Shown: in pieces, positions 43,517-54,112 of the stretch
How the letters are laid out: every line of letters begins with the position of its first letter
Numbering within the stretch: position 1 is the stretch's first letter
Source of the DNA: Pseudomonadota bacterium
GTDB taxonomy: Bacteria > Bdellovibrionota_G > JALEGL01 > DATDPG01
Assembly: GCA_043809315.1 (NCBI GenBank)
Contig: JAZDDX010000039.1
Location: 32,001 to 96,000 of the forward strand
Reading direction: 5' to 3'
Length of the DNA: 64,000 nt
Notes under the pieces: generated by a model
Told to the model about the DNA's origin: nothing
What the model saw: the letters and a program-made list of their open reading frames with translations, nothing else
Databases searched by the model: none
Program-made: the position numbers and the translations under genes

Positions 43517-45008
43517 AGTATGGATGGTCAGCGCGGAATTGAGCCCATTGGCTCGCACCGGCGGCCTGGGGGACGTTCAGCGGGCTCTGCCGAGCGCCCT
43601 CGCGGGGCTCGGCGTGCATGTCCGGCAATTCATCCCGGCCTACGGCTTCGTGAGCCGCACCGGGTTCGCCGAGGATCCTGAACGACTCGAGATCCCGCTC
43701 GATAAGGTGAAGCTCCCGGTCCGTTTCTGGTCCCGCACGGAGCCGACCGGCGTCACGACGACGCTGGTCGCGTGCGACGAGCTGTTCGGCCGTGACGAGA
43801 TCTACGGCCCTCCGGGAGGGGAGTTCCCCGACAACCCGCGACGTTTCACCTTCTTCTGCCGCGCCGTCACGGAGTTGGCGCACCAATCCCACCGGGCGCC
43901 CGACGTGATCCACTGTCATGACTGGCCGGCCGCCCTCATCCCCCTCTTCGTGAAAAAACTCTACACCTGGACCGATCACCGTCCCGCGACGGTCTTCTCG
44001 ATCCATAACCTCGCCTACCAGGGGCGGTTCATGGCCCGCCACATTCAGTGGCTGTCGCTGAACGGGGCACAGACGCAGGAGATCTTCTCCCCCGACGGAC
44101 TCGAGTATTACGGCGACGTGAGCTTCATGAAGGCGGCGCTCCTCTACGCGGATCATCTCGTCACCGTAAGCCCCACCTACGCTCACGAGATCCTGACCCC
44201 CGAATTCGGTTGCGGCCTGGAGGGGATTCTTCTTTCCCGAGCCCACGCGTTGACCGGCATCTTGAACGGCGCCGACGAGCGCGTATGGGACAGCGCGAAC
44301 GACCCGCTCCTTCCGAAGGCGTACGACGTGAACACGGTCACCGAAGGAAAGAAGGCGGCGAAGCGGATCGCACAGAAAGAGCTCGGGATGGCGGTCAGCG
44401 AGCGATTGACCCTGGCGCTGGTCGGGCGGTTTGCGTACCAGAAAGGGATCGACGTTCTCCTGGAAGCATCGCTCAAGATCATCGGGCAAGGGGTCGATCT
44501 CATGATCGTCGGGGACGGCGATCCGGCTCTGGCCCGTGACGTGCTCACGCTCCGAAAGGATCTTCCGAACCGGGTCGGGGTTTATGTCGGGTACGACGAC
44601 CGGATGGCTCACGTGGTGATGGCTGCGGCCGATCTGGTCGCTGTTCCGTCCCGATACGAGCCGTGCGGGCTGACGCAGATGCATGCGCAGAGATACGGCA
44701 CGATACCGATCGTCCATTCAACCGGTGGTTTGGCCGACACGGTCACGGACGCCGACGAGAACCCGAAGAATGGGAACGGCTTCCGCTTCACGCCACTCAA
44801 TGCGGTGAAGCTGCTGGACGCGGTCCGTCGCGCGGTCGATTGCCATCATACGGACTCGAAGCGCTGGAGCGCGATCCAGAAACGGGGGATGACGAAGTCG
44901 TTCTCCTGGACCGATGCCGCGAAGAAGTACCTGACGGTCTACCGCGAGCTCGCCGATCAGCCTTCGACCGGGAAGTCGGACGTCTTGGCCCCGGCCGTTG
45001 TTAGATAG
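43506..45008 (+). CDS. glgA: Glycogen synthase
   Basis: RTGGLGDV, HCHDW, IHNLAYQG, TVSPTYA, PSRYEPCGLTQ. Confidence 0.95.
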   Translation: MALEVWMVSAELSPLARTGGLGDVQRALPSALAGLGVHVRQFIPAYGFVSRTGFAEDPERLEIPLDKVKLPVRFWSRTEPTGVTTTLVACDELFGRDEIYGPPGGEFPDNPRRFTFFCRAVTELAHQSHRAPDVIHCHDWPAALIPLFVKKLYTWTDHRPATVFSIHNLAYQGRFMARHIQWLSLNGAQTQEIFSPDGLEYYGDVSFMKAALLYADHLVTVSPTYAHEILTPEFGCGLEGILLSRAHALTGILNGADERVWDSANDPLLPKAYDVNTVTEGKKAAKRIAQKELGMAVSERLTLALVGRFAYQKGIDVLLEASLKIIGQGVDLMIVGDGDPALARDVLTLRKDLPNRVGVYVGYDDRMAHVVMAAADLVAVPSRYEPCGLTQMHAQRYGTIPIVHSTGGLADTVTDADENPKNGNGFRFTPLNAVKLLDAVRRAVDCHHTDSKRWSAIQKRGMTKSFSWTDAAKKYLTVYRELADQPSTGKSDVLAPAVVR

Positions 45009-47080
45009 CAGCTCTTTACGTAGTCCATCACCATCCGGTCGGAGTTGTAACGAACCCCCAACGTGCCGAGCGCGTGCAGGATCCGCTCGATCCAGCGCGT
45101 GGGAACCCCTTCCGGAGACCGCTCGTAGAAATCAGGAATGACCTGCTGTTCGAGCGTGTCGAGAAGATCGCCCGCGTCTCACTGATCCTGGACCGTCGGG
45201 TCGGTGTGCGTGAGGCCGTTGCCGAACGCATACCCGTTCTTCCCGTCGAACGCCTCCGCCCACCAGCCGTCGAGCGTCGAAAGATTCAGAGTCCCGTTGA
45301 AGATCGCCTTCTGACCGCTCGTCCCGCACGCTTCCAGCGGCCGGCGCGGGTTGTTGAGCCAGAGATCGCACCCCTGGACCATCCGCCGCCCCATGTTCAT
45401 GTCGTAGTTCTCGAGCAGGAAGACCCGCCCTTTGAACTTCGGATCCCGCGCGAACTGACAGATCTGCCGCAGGAGGATCTTCCCCACCTCGTCGTTCGGA
45501 TGCGCCTTCCCCGCGAAAACGAGCTGCACCGGCCGCATCGGATCCGAAAGAATCCGGGCCAGGCGGTCGGGATCGCGGAAGATCAGCGCCGGGCGCTTGT
45601 ACTCGACGAACCTCCGCCCGAACCCGATCGTCAACGCCTCGGGGTTCAGTTCGGTTACCGCCTTCGTGAATCCGACCCGCTCCGCCCGTGCGGAGAGTCG
45701 TTTCCCCGCGAAACCGACGAACGAGCGCTTGATCGCGCACTTGGCGTCCCAGACTTCGAACGGGTCGGCGCTGTAGATTCCATCCCACGTGCTGGAACGG
45801 CAGAGGCGCGTGAGCCACCCTTGCCCCAGATGCCGGTCGAAAAACTGAGCCATCCTCGGATGGATCCAACTCGGGACATGCACTCCGTTGGTGATGTGCC
45901 CGATCGGAACTTCCGTATCGCTCCGCCCCGACCAGAGATCGCGCCACATCGTCCGGCTGACCTGCCCGTGGAGCGTCGAGACGGCGTTCGACCGATGCGC
46001 AAGCTTGAGAGCCAGAACCGTCATGCAGAACGTCTCGTTCGGATCCCCCGGACGGATCCGGCCCAATCCCAGGAACCCTTCGCGGTTCAAGCCCAGACGA
46101 TGATAGAGCGGCGCCAGGTGCTCATCGACCAGGTTCGGCGGGAAGCGGTCGTGTCCCGCCGCCACCGGCGTGTGGGTCGTGAAGATCGTCTGTCGCCGCA
46201 CTTTGTCCGCGGCGGCGTTGAAGCTTAACCCTTCCTCCTCCATCGCATCCGTCACCGCCGCGATCGTCGCAAAGGCGCAGTGCCCCTCATTGAGATGGAT
46301 CACCCCCGGGCGGATCCCGAGCGCTTTGAGAGCATAATAACCGCCAACCCCGAGGATCAACTCCTGCAGAAGCCGGGACTTCTGGTCGCCGCCGTACAGG
46401 CGCTTCGCCAGCGGATGCTTTCCGGAGGCGTCGCTCCCCTGGTACCCCTCGAGGAGGAGAAGGTTCGCCCGACCGACGTTGGTCCACCATACGTCGACCG
46501 AGATCTTCCCGGAATTGACCGGGAACTCGACCGTGAGCGGCTTCCCGTCCGGACCGTTCACCCGCTCGATCGCCACGCGCCGCAGGTCGAGATCCTGATA
46601 GACCTCCTGTTGCGTGCCGTCGGCGTCCAGGTGCTGCAAAAAGTATCCTTCGCGGTAGAGAAGACTCACCCCCCAGATCGGGATCCCGAGGTCGGAGCTG
46701 CTCTTCAAGTGATCGCCGGAAAGAATCCCCAAACCGCCGGAGTAGATCGGAATCGATTCGTGCAGACCGAACTCCGCGCAGAAATAGGCGATCGGTCGCG
46801 CGGTTAGGGAGGGTGCCAAGCGAGCGGCCCAGTGCCGTTGCGAAGCCACATAGCCCCGAAGAGAGGCGCAGGCCCGTTCGAGACGGACCCGGTAATGCGA
46901 GTCGTTGGCACGCGCCTCCACCTTGGCGGCGTCCGCCTCCAGAAGGAAGGCGGTGGGGTTGTGGTTCACCTCCGTCCAGAGCGGATCGTCGATCTCCCGG
47001 AAGAGGAAATCGAATTCGCCGTTCCAGGTCCATCGAAGATTGGCCGCTAGTTCCGCTAACAGTTCACGCGTCGACGACAT
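44957..47080 (-). pseudogene. glgP: Alpha-glucan (glycogen) phosphorylase interrupted by an in-frame TGA at 45179-45181
   Basis: YSGGLG, HLNEGH, FTTHTPV, ITNGVH, EACGTSGQK (PLP Lys). After QDQ* the same frame continues DAGDLLDTLEQQVIPDFYER...YNSDRMVMDYV to TGA at 44957. Confidence 0.85.
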
Positions 47081-47101
47081 GCCTTAGTAGATTATCGCAA
47101 C

Positions 47102-47154
47102 AATCGGGTGACACAAAGTGTATTGGGACACCTTTCTGATGGTGTCCCCCGATT
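47102..47154. repeat. Nested inverted repeat / hairpin between the Ni transporter and glgP
   Basis: GGGACACC (47125-47132) pairs perfectly with GGTGTCCC (47141-47148); AATCGGGTGACAC (47102-47114) pairs with GTGTCCCCCGATT with one mismatch. Confidence 0.55.
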
Positions 47155-47848
47155 AAAGGCCGAGGAATTCGATCGCGAGGCCGGAGAGGAGAAGCGTGAA
47201 CCCTGCGATCGCATGGCTGTATTTCTCGAGCGGGGCGAAACGGATTCTTTGAACCCCCAACACCCCGAGCCCCACGAAGACGAGCATCGTCCCGATCGTG
47301 GCGAGGCTGAACAGGGCCGTGACCCAGATGAGCCCCAGATAATCCCCTTTGGCCGCCGGATACATGATGAGCGGAATCATCGGTTCGCAGGGGCCGAAGA
47401 CGAAGATGATGAACATGATCCAGGTGGTTCGCGAAACGGCGTGCTCTCCGCCCTGGCCGTGCTGATGATAGTGCGGAACGCCGTCCCCGTGGTGGTGTTC
47501 GTGCAAGTGGCGTTGTGCCTTGGGCCGGATCGCGCGGACCAGCCCCCAGACTCCGTACACCAGACCGAATCCGATCAGGAGCCACGCGGCGATCGCCCCC
47601 CGACTCGCCTCGAGCCACTGCACCTTGGAGATCCCGACCCCCGCCGCCACGCCGACCAGCGCGATCGCAATCGAGCTTGCGATATGCCCCACACCGCAAC
47701 CGAGTGTGATCCAGAGCGCCTTCTTGAGCGACCAGTTCCCTGCCCGCGCCAGCGCGATGAACGGAACGTAGTGGTCGGGACCAGCGGCGGCGTGGATCAC
47801 ACCGACCGTCAGCGTGGAGAGAAGCAATATTTCGGTACCGGTCGTCAC
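47153..47848 (-). CDS. UreH/HoxN-like nickel/cobalt transporter with His-rich loop
   Basis: HAAAGPDHY, CGVGH, HLHEHHHGDGVPHYHQH, GPCEP; directly follows hypE. Confidence 0.75.
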   Translation of the reverse strand: MTTGTEILLLSTLTVGVIHAAAGPDHYVPFIALARAGNWSLKKALWITLGCGVGHIASSIAIALVGVAAGVGISKVQWLEASRGAIAAWLLIGFGLVYGVWGLVRAIRPKAQRHLHEHHHGDGVPHYHQHGQGGEHAVSRTTWIMFIIFVFGPCEPMIPLIMYPAAKGDYLGLIWVTALFSLATIGTMLVFVGLGVLGVQRIRFAPLEKYSHAIAGFTLLLSGLAIEFLGL

Positions 47849-48898
47849 TCAGCAGATTCTCGGCAACTGTTCCCCGCTCAATAAGTCGATCACCCGTTTC
47901 GTCCCGAGCTTCGTCGTCATCGTGACCGACGGCGCCCCGGCTTCGATTACCTCCCCGATCACGGCGGCTCCGGCGGAAACCGGCTCCTTCTTCAGAACCG
48001 AAACCGCCCGTTCCGCTTCGTTCCCCGGAACGAACGCCACGAACCTTCCTTCGTTCGCCACGTAGAGCGGATCGAGGCCCAGAATCTCGCACGCGGCCGA
48101 AACCCCCTCGATGATCTGGATCTCTTTTTCGCGAATTCCGATCCGGATCGCCCGGGTCCGGGCGATCTCGTTCAGAGCCGAGGACAGCCCTCCGCGCGTC
48201 AGGTCCCGCAGGCAGTGGACCGTGATCCCGGCATCCAGGAGCCGGTGGACCGCCGGCCAGAGGTGGGCGCAATCACTTTGAACGACCGTCTCGAACGACA
48301 ACCCCTCCCGGGCCGACATCACGGCGATCCCGTGTCGCCCGAGGTCGCCACTCACGATCACAGCGTCCCCCGCCTTCACGTTCCGCGGGTGGATATCGGC
48401 GTTCAGCCGGATCACGCCGATCCCCGACGTGTTGACGTAGAGGCCGTCCCCCTTCCCGCGTTCGACCACTTTGGTGTCCCCCGTCACCAGCGCCACGCCG
48501 ACCTCCTCGGCGCTTTTCGACATCGATTGGGCGATCCGCTCCAAGCTTCCGATGTCGAACCCCTCCTCGAGGATGAACCCCGAAGAGAGCGCCAATGGCT
48601 CCGCCCCCGCCATCGCGAGGTCGTTCGCCGTCCCGCAAACGGCGAGCTTGCCGATATCCCCGCCGGGAAAGAAGAGCGGCCGGACGACATACGAGTCGGT
48701 CGTGAACGCCAGACGCTCGCCGCCCAAATTCATCGTGGCGGCGTCGTGCGAGGCCTGCAGCCTCTGGTCTTCGAACGCCTTCACGAAAACGTCGCGGATC
48801 AGATTGTGCATCAGGGAACCGCCCCCTCCGTGCGCGAGCAGGATCGTCGAACCGGGCGGAATGGGGGCCGGGCATTCGGGTTTGAACTCTTTCTTCAT
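47849..48898 (-). CDS. hypE: Hydrogenase maturation protein HypE
   Basis: LAHGGGG, TTDSYVV, GDTKVV, RDLTRGG, VANEG, C-terminal PRIC; start at MKKEFKPEC. Confidence 0.96.
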   Translation of the reverse strand: MKKEFKPECPAPIPPGSTILLAHGGGGSLMHNLIRDVFVKAFEDQRLQASHDAATMNLGGERLAFTTDSYVVRPLFFPGGDIGKLAVCGTANDLAMAGAEPLALSSGFILEEGFDIGSLERIAQSMSKSAEEVGVALVTGDTKVVERGKGDGLYVNTSGIGVIRLNADIHPRNVKAGDAVIVSGDLGRHGIAVMSAREGLSFETVVQSDCAHLWPAVHRLLDAGITVHCLRDLTRGGLSSALNEIARTRAIRIGIREKEIQIIEGVSAACEILGLDPLYVANEGRFVAFVPGNEAERAVSVLKKEPVSAGAAVIGEVIEAGAPSVTMTTKLGTKRVIDLLSGEQLPRIC

Positions 48899-49986
48899 GG
48901 CGTGTTCCTCCGATAGCGGTGGTAGGCGGCACAGGCCCCTTCGGACGACACCATCGGTGCCCCCAGGGGGCGCTCCGGTGTGCATCGGGTCCCAAACACC
49001 TGACATTCCTGCGGCTTCCGGACCCCCTGGAGCACGAGGCCGGCGATACACTCTTTCGATTCCTCGCTCCGAACTTCGGAAGTGGGGAAACGAGTTTCCG
49101 CGTCGAATTCGGCAAACTCCTCCGAAAGACCGAAGCCGCTCTGCGGGATTTCTCCGATCCCCCGCCATTCCCGCGCCACCACCCGAAACACCTTTCGGAG
49201 AAGCTCTTGCGCGGGACGGTTCCCCTCCCTGCGCACCGATCGGGTGTACTGGTTTTCCACCTCCGCCCGCCCTTCTTCGAGCTGCGAGACCGTCATCAAC
49301 ACCCCTTGCAGGATGTCGATCGGTTCGAACCCGGTGACGACGATCGGAACCCGGTACTTCTTCGAAAGCGGCTCGTACTCTTCGAACCCCATCACCGTGC
49401 AGACGTGCCCCGCTGCCAGGAACCCTTGCACGCGGTTCATCGGGGAGGAGAGGATCGTTTCCATGGCGGGCGGAACCAGCACGTGCGAGACGAGAACCGA
49501 GAAGTTCTTGAGACCCAGACGCTTCGCCTCCGCAATCGCCATGGCGTTGGCCGGCGCCGTCGTCTCGAAGCCGACGGCGAAGAAAACCACCTCCCGATCG
49601 GGGTTCTCCCTCGCGACATGGATCGCGTCGAGCGGCGAATAAACGATCCGGACATCGGCCCCGTTCGCCTTCGCCACCTGGAGACTCTCTGTGGTCCCCG
49701 GGACCCGGATCATGTCGCCGACGGAGAGAAAGATCACTCCCGGCTTCTTTGCGATTGCGATCGCCCGATCGATCTTCTCGATCGGCGTCACGCAGACCGG
49801 GCATCCCGGCCCGTGGATCAGGGAGATCTTCTTCGGAAGGAGCTGATCCAACCCTTCCTTCAAGATCGTGTGTGTCTGCCCGCCGCAGACCTCCATGATC
49901 ATCCACGGCTTCGTCGTCACCCGGGCCAGATTGTCCGCCAATTTGAGGGACAGTCGTGTGTCCCGAAATTCGCTGACGTATTTCAT
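48895..49986 (-). CDS. hypD: Hydrogenase maturation protein HypD
   Basis: [35 protein letters not shown]. Confidence 0.97.
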   Translation of the reverse strand: MKYVSEFRDTRLSLKLADNLARVTTKPWMIMEVCGGQTHTILKEGLDQLLPKKISLIHGPGCPVCVTPIEKIDRAIAIAKKPGVIFLSVGDMIRVPGTTESLQVAKANGADVRIVYSPLDAIHVARENPDREVVFFAVGFETTAPANAMAIAEAKRLGLKNFSVLVSHVLVPPAMETILSSPMNRVQGFLAAGHVCTVMGFEEYEPLSKKYRVPIVVTGFEPIDILQGVLMTVSQLEEGRAEVENQYTRSVRREGNRPAQELLRKVFRVVAREWRGIGEIPQSGFGLSEEFAEFDAETRFPTSEVRSEESKECIAGLVLQGVRKPQECQVFGTRCTPERPLGAPMVSSEGACAAYHRYRRNTP

Positions 49987-50219
49987 TCGGAAGCCTCGAT
50001 CACTTCGCGGATCAGGGTGAGGGTCTTCTGCGCCTCCTCCTCGTCGAGTTTGGAAAGTGCAAATCCCACATGAACGATGACGTAGTCGCCGATCTCCGCG
50101 TCCGGAACGGTCGCCAGGGCCACCTCTTTCACCACCCCTCCGAAATCGACCTTCCCGATCCGAAGCGGGTTCTCCCCTTCGTTGATGCTTATGATCTTAC
50201 CCGGTACCGCCAGACACAT
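49983..50219 (-). CDS. hypC: Hydrogenase chaperone HypC
   Basis: [19 protein letters not shown]. Confidence 0.97.
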   Translation of the reverse strand: MCLAVPGKIISINEGENPLRIGKVDFGGVVKEVALATVPDAEIGDYVIVHVGFALSKLDEEEAQKTLTLIREVIEASE

Positions 50220-50223
50220 GGCT

Positions 50224-52494
50224 TCAGTCCCTCTTCAAGATCTCCGCGCCGATCGCGATCTGCCCCAGCGAAATCCCGCCGTCGTTCGGCGGAACACGCT
50301 GGTGCCAGTAACATCGAAACCCTTTCGCGCCGAGCCGCGCGATCGCCCGTTCGGTCAAACGGCGGTTCTGGAAGCAACCGCCGGAGAGCACCACCCGCTC
50401 GATCGCGGTTTCTTTCGCCATCCGGACGATCGTTTCCACAAGCGAATTGTGAAACGCGGCCGCAATCTCCCCGGTGGGTCGTTTCTCCTGCCAATCCCCC
50501 AGGACCCCTCTCACGATCCCCGCCCAATCGACGACGACCGGCTGTTCTGCCTTTCGAATCAGTTCAAATGGATACGAACGATCGGTCTCCAGGTTCGAAG
50601 CGGCAAATTCGAGCTTCATCCCTCCTTGCCCTTCGTACCGCGAGCACTGGCACAGTCCCAGGATCGATGAGACGGCGTCAAAGAGGCGCCCGGCCCCCGA
50701 CGTCAATGGAGAATTTAGATTCTTCACGAGCATCTTCTGCAGAACATCGATCTCCTGCGCGGAAAATGCCTCAATGGAAAGAAGTTCGTGATCGTCGAAG
50801 ACACGCTTTCCCAGGAGTTCGAAGAGAAGACCGAGCGCGATCCGTCTCGGCTCCCGGATCGCCCGCTCACCGCCGGGAAGGGGGAAATAACGGAAATGCC
50901 CGGCGCGACGGTATGTGGCTCCGTCGACCACGAGAAACTCCCCGCCCCAGAGAGCTCCGTCTTCCCCGAGACCCACGCCATCCCAGGCAACGCCGAGGAC
51001 CTCTCCGGAAAGATCGTTCTCCGCCATGCAAGAACGGATGTGAGCGTGGTGATGCTGGGCCTCGATCAGACGGATCTCCAATTCGCGCGCCGTTCGGCTG
51101 GAGGCATAGTCGGGATGGCAGTCGGTGACGACTGCTTCCGGTTGGATTTCGTACAACTCCGGAAAATCGGAAAGCACCTTCTCGAACGCGTCGATCGCCT
51201 CGGCATTCTCGAGGTCTCCGATGTGCTGACTCACGAAGACATCTTTGCCGCGGGAAAAAGCGAGCGTGTTCTTGAGATGGGCTCCGACCGCTACGATCGG
51301 CGGCATTTCAACCCTCAAGGAGATGGGCATCGGCGCATACCCGCGCGCCCGCCGCATCACCGCTTCCCTTCCTCCGATCATTCGCACGATCGAATCGTCA
51401 GCGTGCCTGGTAATCGGACGGTTGTGAACGAGGAACCCGTCCGCCAGATCGCCAAGCCGGGTAAACGCCTCCTTTTCATCGGTGCAGATCGGCTCCTCGG
51501 AACGGTTTCCGCTCGTCGCAACAACCGGGAAGCCGAGATCGCGGAGAAGTAGATGATGGAGCGGCGTGTACGGGAGCAGAATGCCGAGATACGGATTCTC
51601 CGGAGCCACGGATTGCGCGAGCTTCTCACCATCCTTGGGAAGTAGAACAATCGGCGCTTCGAGGGAGAGAAGCCTGCGTTCTTCGAGTTCGGTCACGTGA
51701 CAGCAGCGTTTCACCCCTTCGAGCGACGGGAACATGACCGCCAGCGGTTTTTCCTCGCGGTGTTTCCGCTTTCGGAGCAGCTGGACGGCGGCGTCGTCAC
51801 GAGCGTCGCAGAGCAGATGGAAGCCGCCGAGACCTTTACATGCGATGATCTTACCTTTGCGGATTCCTTCTACGGCTTGACGGAGTGCTGCGTCTCCTGC
51901 CTCGACCTCATGCCCGTTGGGGGTGCAATAGGACAACTGGGGCCCGCACACAGGACAAGCGTTCGGCTGGGCGTGGAACCGTCGGTCGCCCGGATCGTCG
52001 TACTCCGCCTGGCAGGCGAGGCACATCGGGAACGCTTCCATCGTCGTGTTCTTCCGGTCGTACGGCAGGCGACGGATGATCGTGAAGCGCGGACCGCAGT
52101 GCGTGCAGTTGGTGAAGGGGTATCGATACCGGCGATTCGTAGGATCGAGAATTTCGTCGAGACAACCGGAACAGGTGGCGATGTCAGGGAGGATCCAGGC
52201 GCTCTTTTCTCCCCCCTCTTCGCTCGGCCGGACTTCAAACGCTTTGTAACCGGCAGGGTCGAGGAATGATGTTTCGAGGTTGGCGATGACGGAAAGGGAC
52301 GGCCTCTCTTTGGAAAGTCGGAGAAGGAATTCGTCGAGCTTCTTCGAATCTCCCTCGATCTCGATCGTGACGCCCCGGGGATTGTTGTTCACCCAACCGG
52401 TGAGAGCGAGTTCGTCTGCTAAGCGGTAGACAAAGGGACGAAAACCGACCCCCTGAACCACCCCTGCAATCTGGATTCGCGCACGGCTCGCCAT
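50224..52494 (-). CDS. hypF: Carbamoyltransferase HypF
   Basis: GVVQGVGFRPF, zinc fingers, RRFHAQPNAC, QHHHAH, NDGGISLGQ. Confidence 0.97.
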   Translation of the reverse strand: MASRARIQIAGVVQGVGFRPFVYRLADELALTGWVNNNPRGVTIEIEGDSKKLDEFLLRLSKERPSLSVIANLETSFLDPAGYKAFEVRPSEEGGEKSAWILPDIATCSGCLDEILDPTNRRYRYPFTNCTHCGPRFTIIRRLPYDRKNTTMEAFPMCLACQAEYDDPGDRRFHAQPNACPVCGPQLSYCTPNGHEVEAGDAALRQAVEGIRKGKIIACKGLGGFHLLCDARDDAAVQLLRKRKHREEKPLAVMFPSLEGVKRCCHVTELEERRLLSLEAPIVLLPKDGEKLAQSVAPENPYLGILLPYTPLHHLLLRDLGFPVVATSGNRSEEPICTDEKEAFTRLGDLADGFLVHNRPITRHADDSIVRMIGGREAVMRRARGYAPMPISLRVEMPPIVAVGAHLKNTLAFSRGKDVFVSQHIGDLENAEAIDAFEKVLSDFPELYEIQPEAVVTDCHPDYASSRTARELEIRLIEAQHHHAHIRSCMAENDLSGEVLGVAWDGVGLGEDGALWGGEFLVVDGATYRRAGHFRYFPLPGGERAIREPRRIALGLLFELLGKRVFDDHELLSIEAFSAQEIDVLQKMLVKNLNSPLTSGAGRLFDAVSSILGLCQCSRYEGQGGMKLEFAASNLETDRSYPFELIRKAEQPVVVDWAGIVRGVLGDWQEKRPTGEIAAAFHNSLVETIVRMAKETAIERVVLSGGCFQNRRLTERAIARLGAKGFRCYWHQRVPPNDGGISLGQIAIGAEILKRD

Positions 52495-52525
52495 CGCGCC
52501 GGTCTATATCACGAAGGGGGCCCGA

Positions 52526-53899
52526 TTACACCGGCGCCAGTCGCGCCGTGAAGTGGCGGAGAATCTCCGCCTCCTCCAGGATCTGGAGTCCCCGGATCTT
52601 GCCGCGGTTCCGGAATACCTCCAGGATCACCTCGATCACGTAATCGACATGGCTCTGCGTGTAGGTCCGCCGCGGGATCGCGAGGCGAACCAGCTCCTGC
52701 GCCGCGCAGACCTGTTTTCCCGTCTTCGGGTCGGTCCTGCCGAACATCAGCGTCCCGATCTCGACCCCCCGAATTCCACCTTCCAGATAGAGTTCGCACG
52801 CCAGCGCTTGCGCCGGGAAACGTTCCGGAGGAATCGCCGAGCAGAACGATTTCGCATCCAGAAAAACCGCGTGCCCTCCCGTCGGCTGAACGATCGGAAC
52901 CCCGCCCTCCGTCAGATGCTTCCCCAAATAAGCGACCGAGGCGATCCGGTACTTCAGATACTCCTCGTCCATCGCCTCCTCCACCCCCTGCGCGATCGCT
53001 TCAAGGTCCCTGCCGGCGAGCCCCCCGTACGTCGGGAACCCTTCCGTCAGAATGAGCAGGTTCCGACAACTCAGCGCGAGACGATCGTCATTGAGCGCCA
53101 GCATCCCGCCGATGTTCGCGATCCCGTCTTTCTTCGCGCTGAACGTGCAGCCGTCGGCCAGGGAGAACATCTCCTTCGCGATCTCCCGGACCGACCTTCC
53201 CCCCTGCCCGTTTTCACGGATCTTGATGAAGTACGCGTTCTCGGCGAACCGGCAGACATCGAGAAAGAACGGGATCTTGTTCTTCCGACAGAGCGTCGAA
53301 ACCTCCCGGATGTTCTCCAGCGAAACCGGCTGTCCCCCCCAAGAGTTGTTCGTGACCGTCAGCATCACCAGGGGAACCTTCGAAAGATCTGTTGTAGCCA
53401 GGAACTTCTTGAACTTCTCGAGGTGCATGTTCCCCTTGAACGGATGCCCGCAGGAGAAATCTTTCGCCTCGTCCATCACGAAATCGAGCGCTTCCGCCTT
53501 CCGGTACTCGACGTTCGCCCTCGTCGTATCGAAGTGCGTGTTGCTCGGGACGATCTCCCCTTCCCGGACCGCCGCCGTGAACAGGATCTTTTCCGCCGCC
53601 CGGCCCTGGTGCGCCGGGATGATGTGTTTGAATCCGGTCAGATCGCGGAAGACTTTTTCGAAGCGGAAGAAGCTTCGTGCGCCGGCGTACGACTCGTCCC
53701 CCTCCATCATGCCGGCCCACTGTTTCGCGCTCATCGCGCCGGTGCCGCTGTCGGTCAGGAGATCGATCGTCACATCCTCGGCATGGATGTTGAAAAGGTT
53801 GTATCCGGCTTTCTGAAGCGCTTTCTCGCGCTCCTCGCGGGAAAGAACCCGGATCGGCTCCACCATCTTGATCCGGAACGGCTCGATGATCGTCTGCAC
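52526..53899 (-). CDS. tnaA: Tryptophanase (beta-eliminating lyase)
   Basis: EPFRIKMVE, DLLTDSGT, HQGRAAE, SAKKD (PLP Lys). RLAIPRR and LRHFTA favour tryptophanase over tyrosine phenol-lyase. GTG start. Confidence 0.88.
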   Translation of the reverse strand: MQTIIEPFRIKMVEPIRVLSREEREKALQKAGYNLFNIHAEDVTIDLLTDSGTGAMSAKQWAGMMEGDESYAGARSFFRFEKVFRDLTGFKHIIPAHQGRAAEKILFTAAVREGEIVPSNTHFDTTRANVEYRKAEALDFVMDEAKDFSCGHPFKGNMHLEKFKKFLATTDLSKVPLVMLTVTNNSWGGQPVSLENIREVSTLCRKNKIPFFLDVCRFAENAYFIKIRENGQGGRSVREIAKEMFSLADGCTFSAKKDGIANIGGMLALNDDRLALSCRNLLILTEGFPTYGGLAGRDLEAIAQGVEEAMDEEYLKYRIASVAYLGKHLTEGGVPIVQPTGGHAVFLDAKSFCSAIPPERFPAQALACELYLEGGIRGVEIGTLMFGRTDPKTGKQVCAAQELVRLAIPRRTYTQSHVDYVIEVILEVFRNRGKIRGLQILEEAEILRHFTARLAPV

Positions 53900-53928
53900 G
53901 GGGCCCCTTTCTCGGGGGCGTTTATACC

Positions 53929-54111
53929 TCAGGGCTGGTTCGGATGCACCGGAAGCTTCTCCGGTTCGTCGAGGTCTTTCGAGGTGGTGAGGGAGCTGCA
54001 GGAGCCGCACCCCGCGGGCCCTTTGCGAAGAAAGGTCCGGACGAGGTACCGCGCCAACCAGAAACCGGCGAACGCTGCAATTACAAGGACGATGAGGGTC
54101 TGGATCTCCAT
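53929..54111 (-). CDS. FeoB-associated Cys-rich membrane peptide
   Basis: One TM helix followed by GCGSCS, directly after feoB. Confidence 0.7.
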   Translation of the reverse strand: MEIQTLIVLVIAAFAGFWLARYLVRTFLRKGPAGCGSCSSLTTSKDLDEPEKLPVHPNQP

Positions 54112-54112
54112 C

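Noticed and set aside
45179-45181. Selenocysteine or genome-wide TGA recoding
   Set aside because: The position is not a Cys/redox site, and many genes here end in TGA.
48899-49906. Apparent 685-aa HypE with a long N-terminal extension
   Set aside because: The extension is an alternative frame of hypD; HypE starts at 48898 after a GGAGG RBS.
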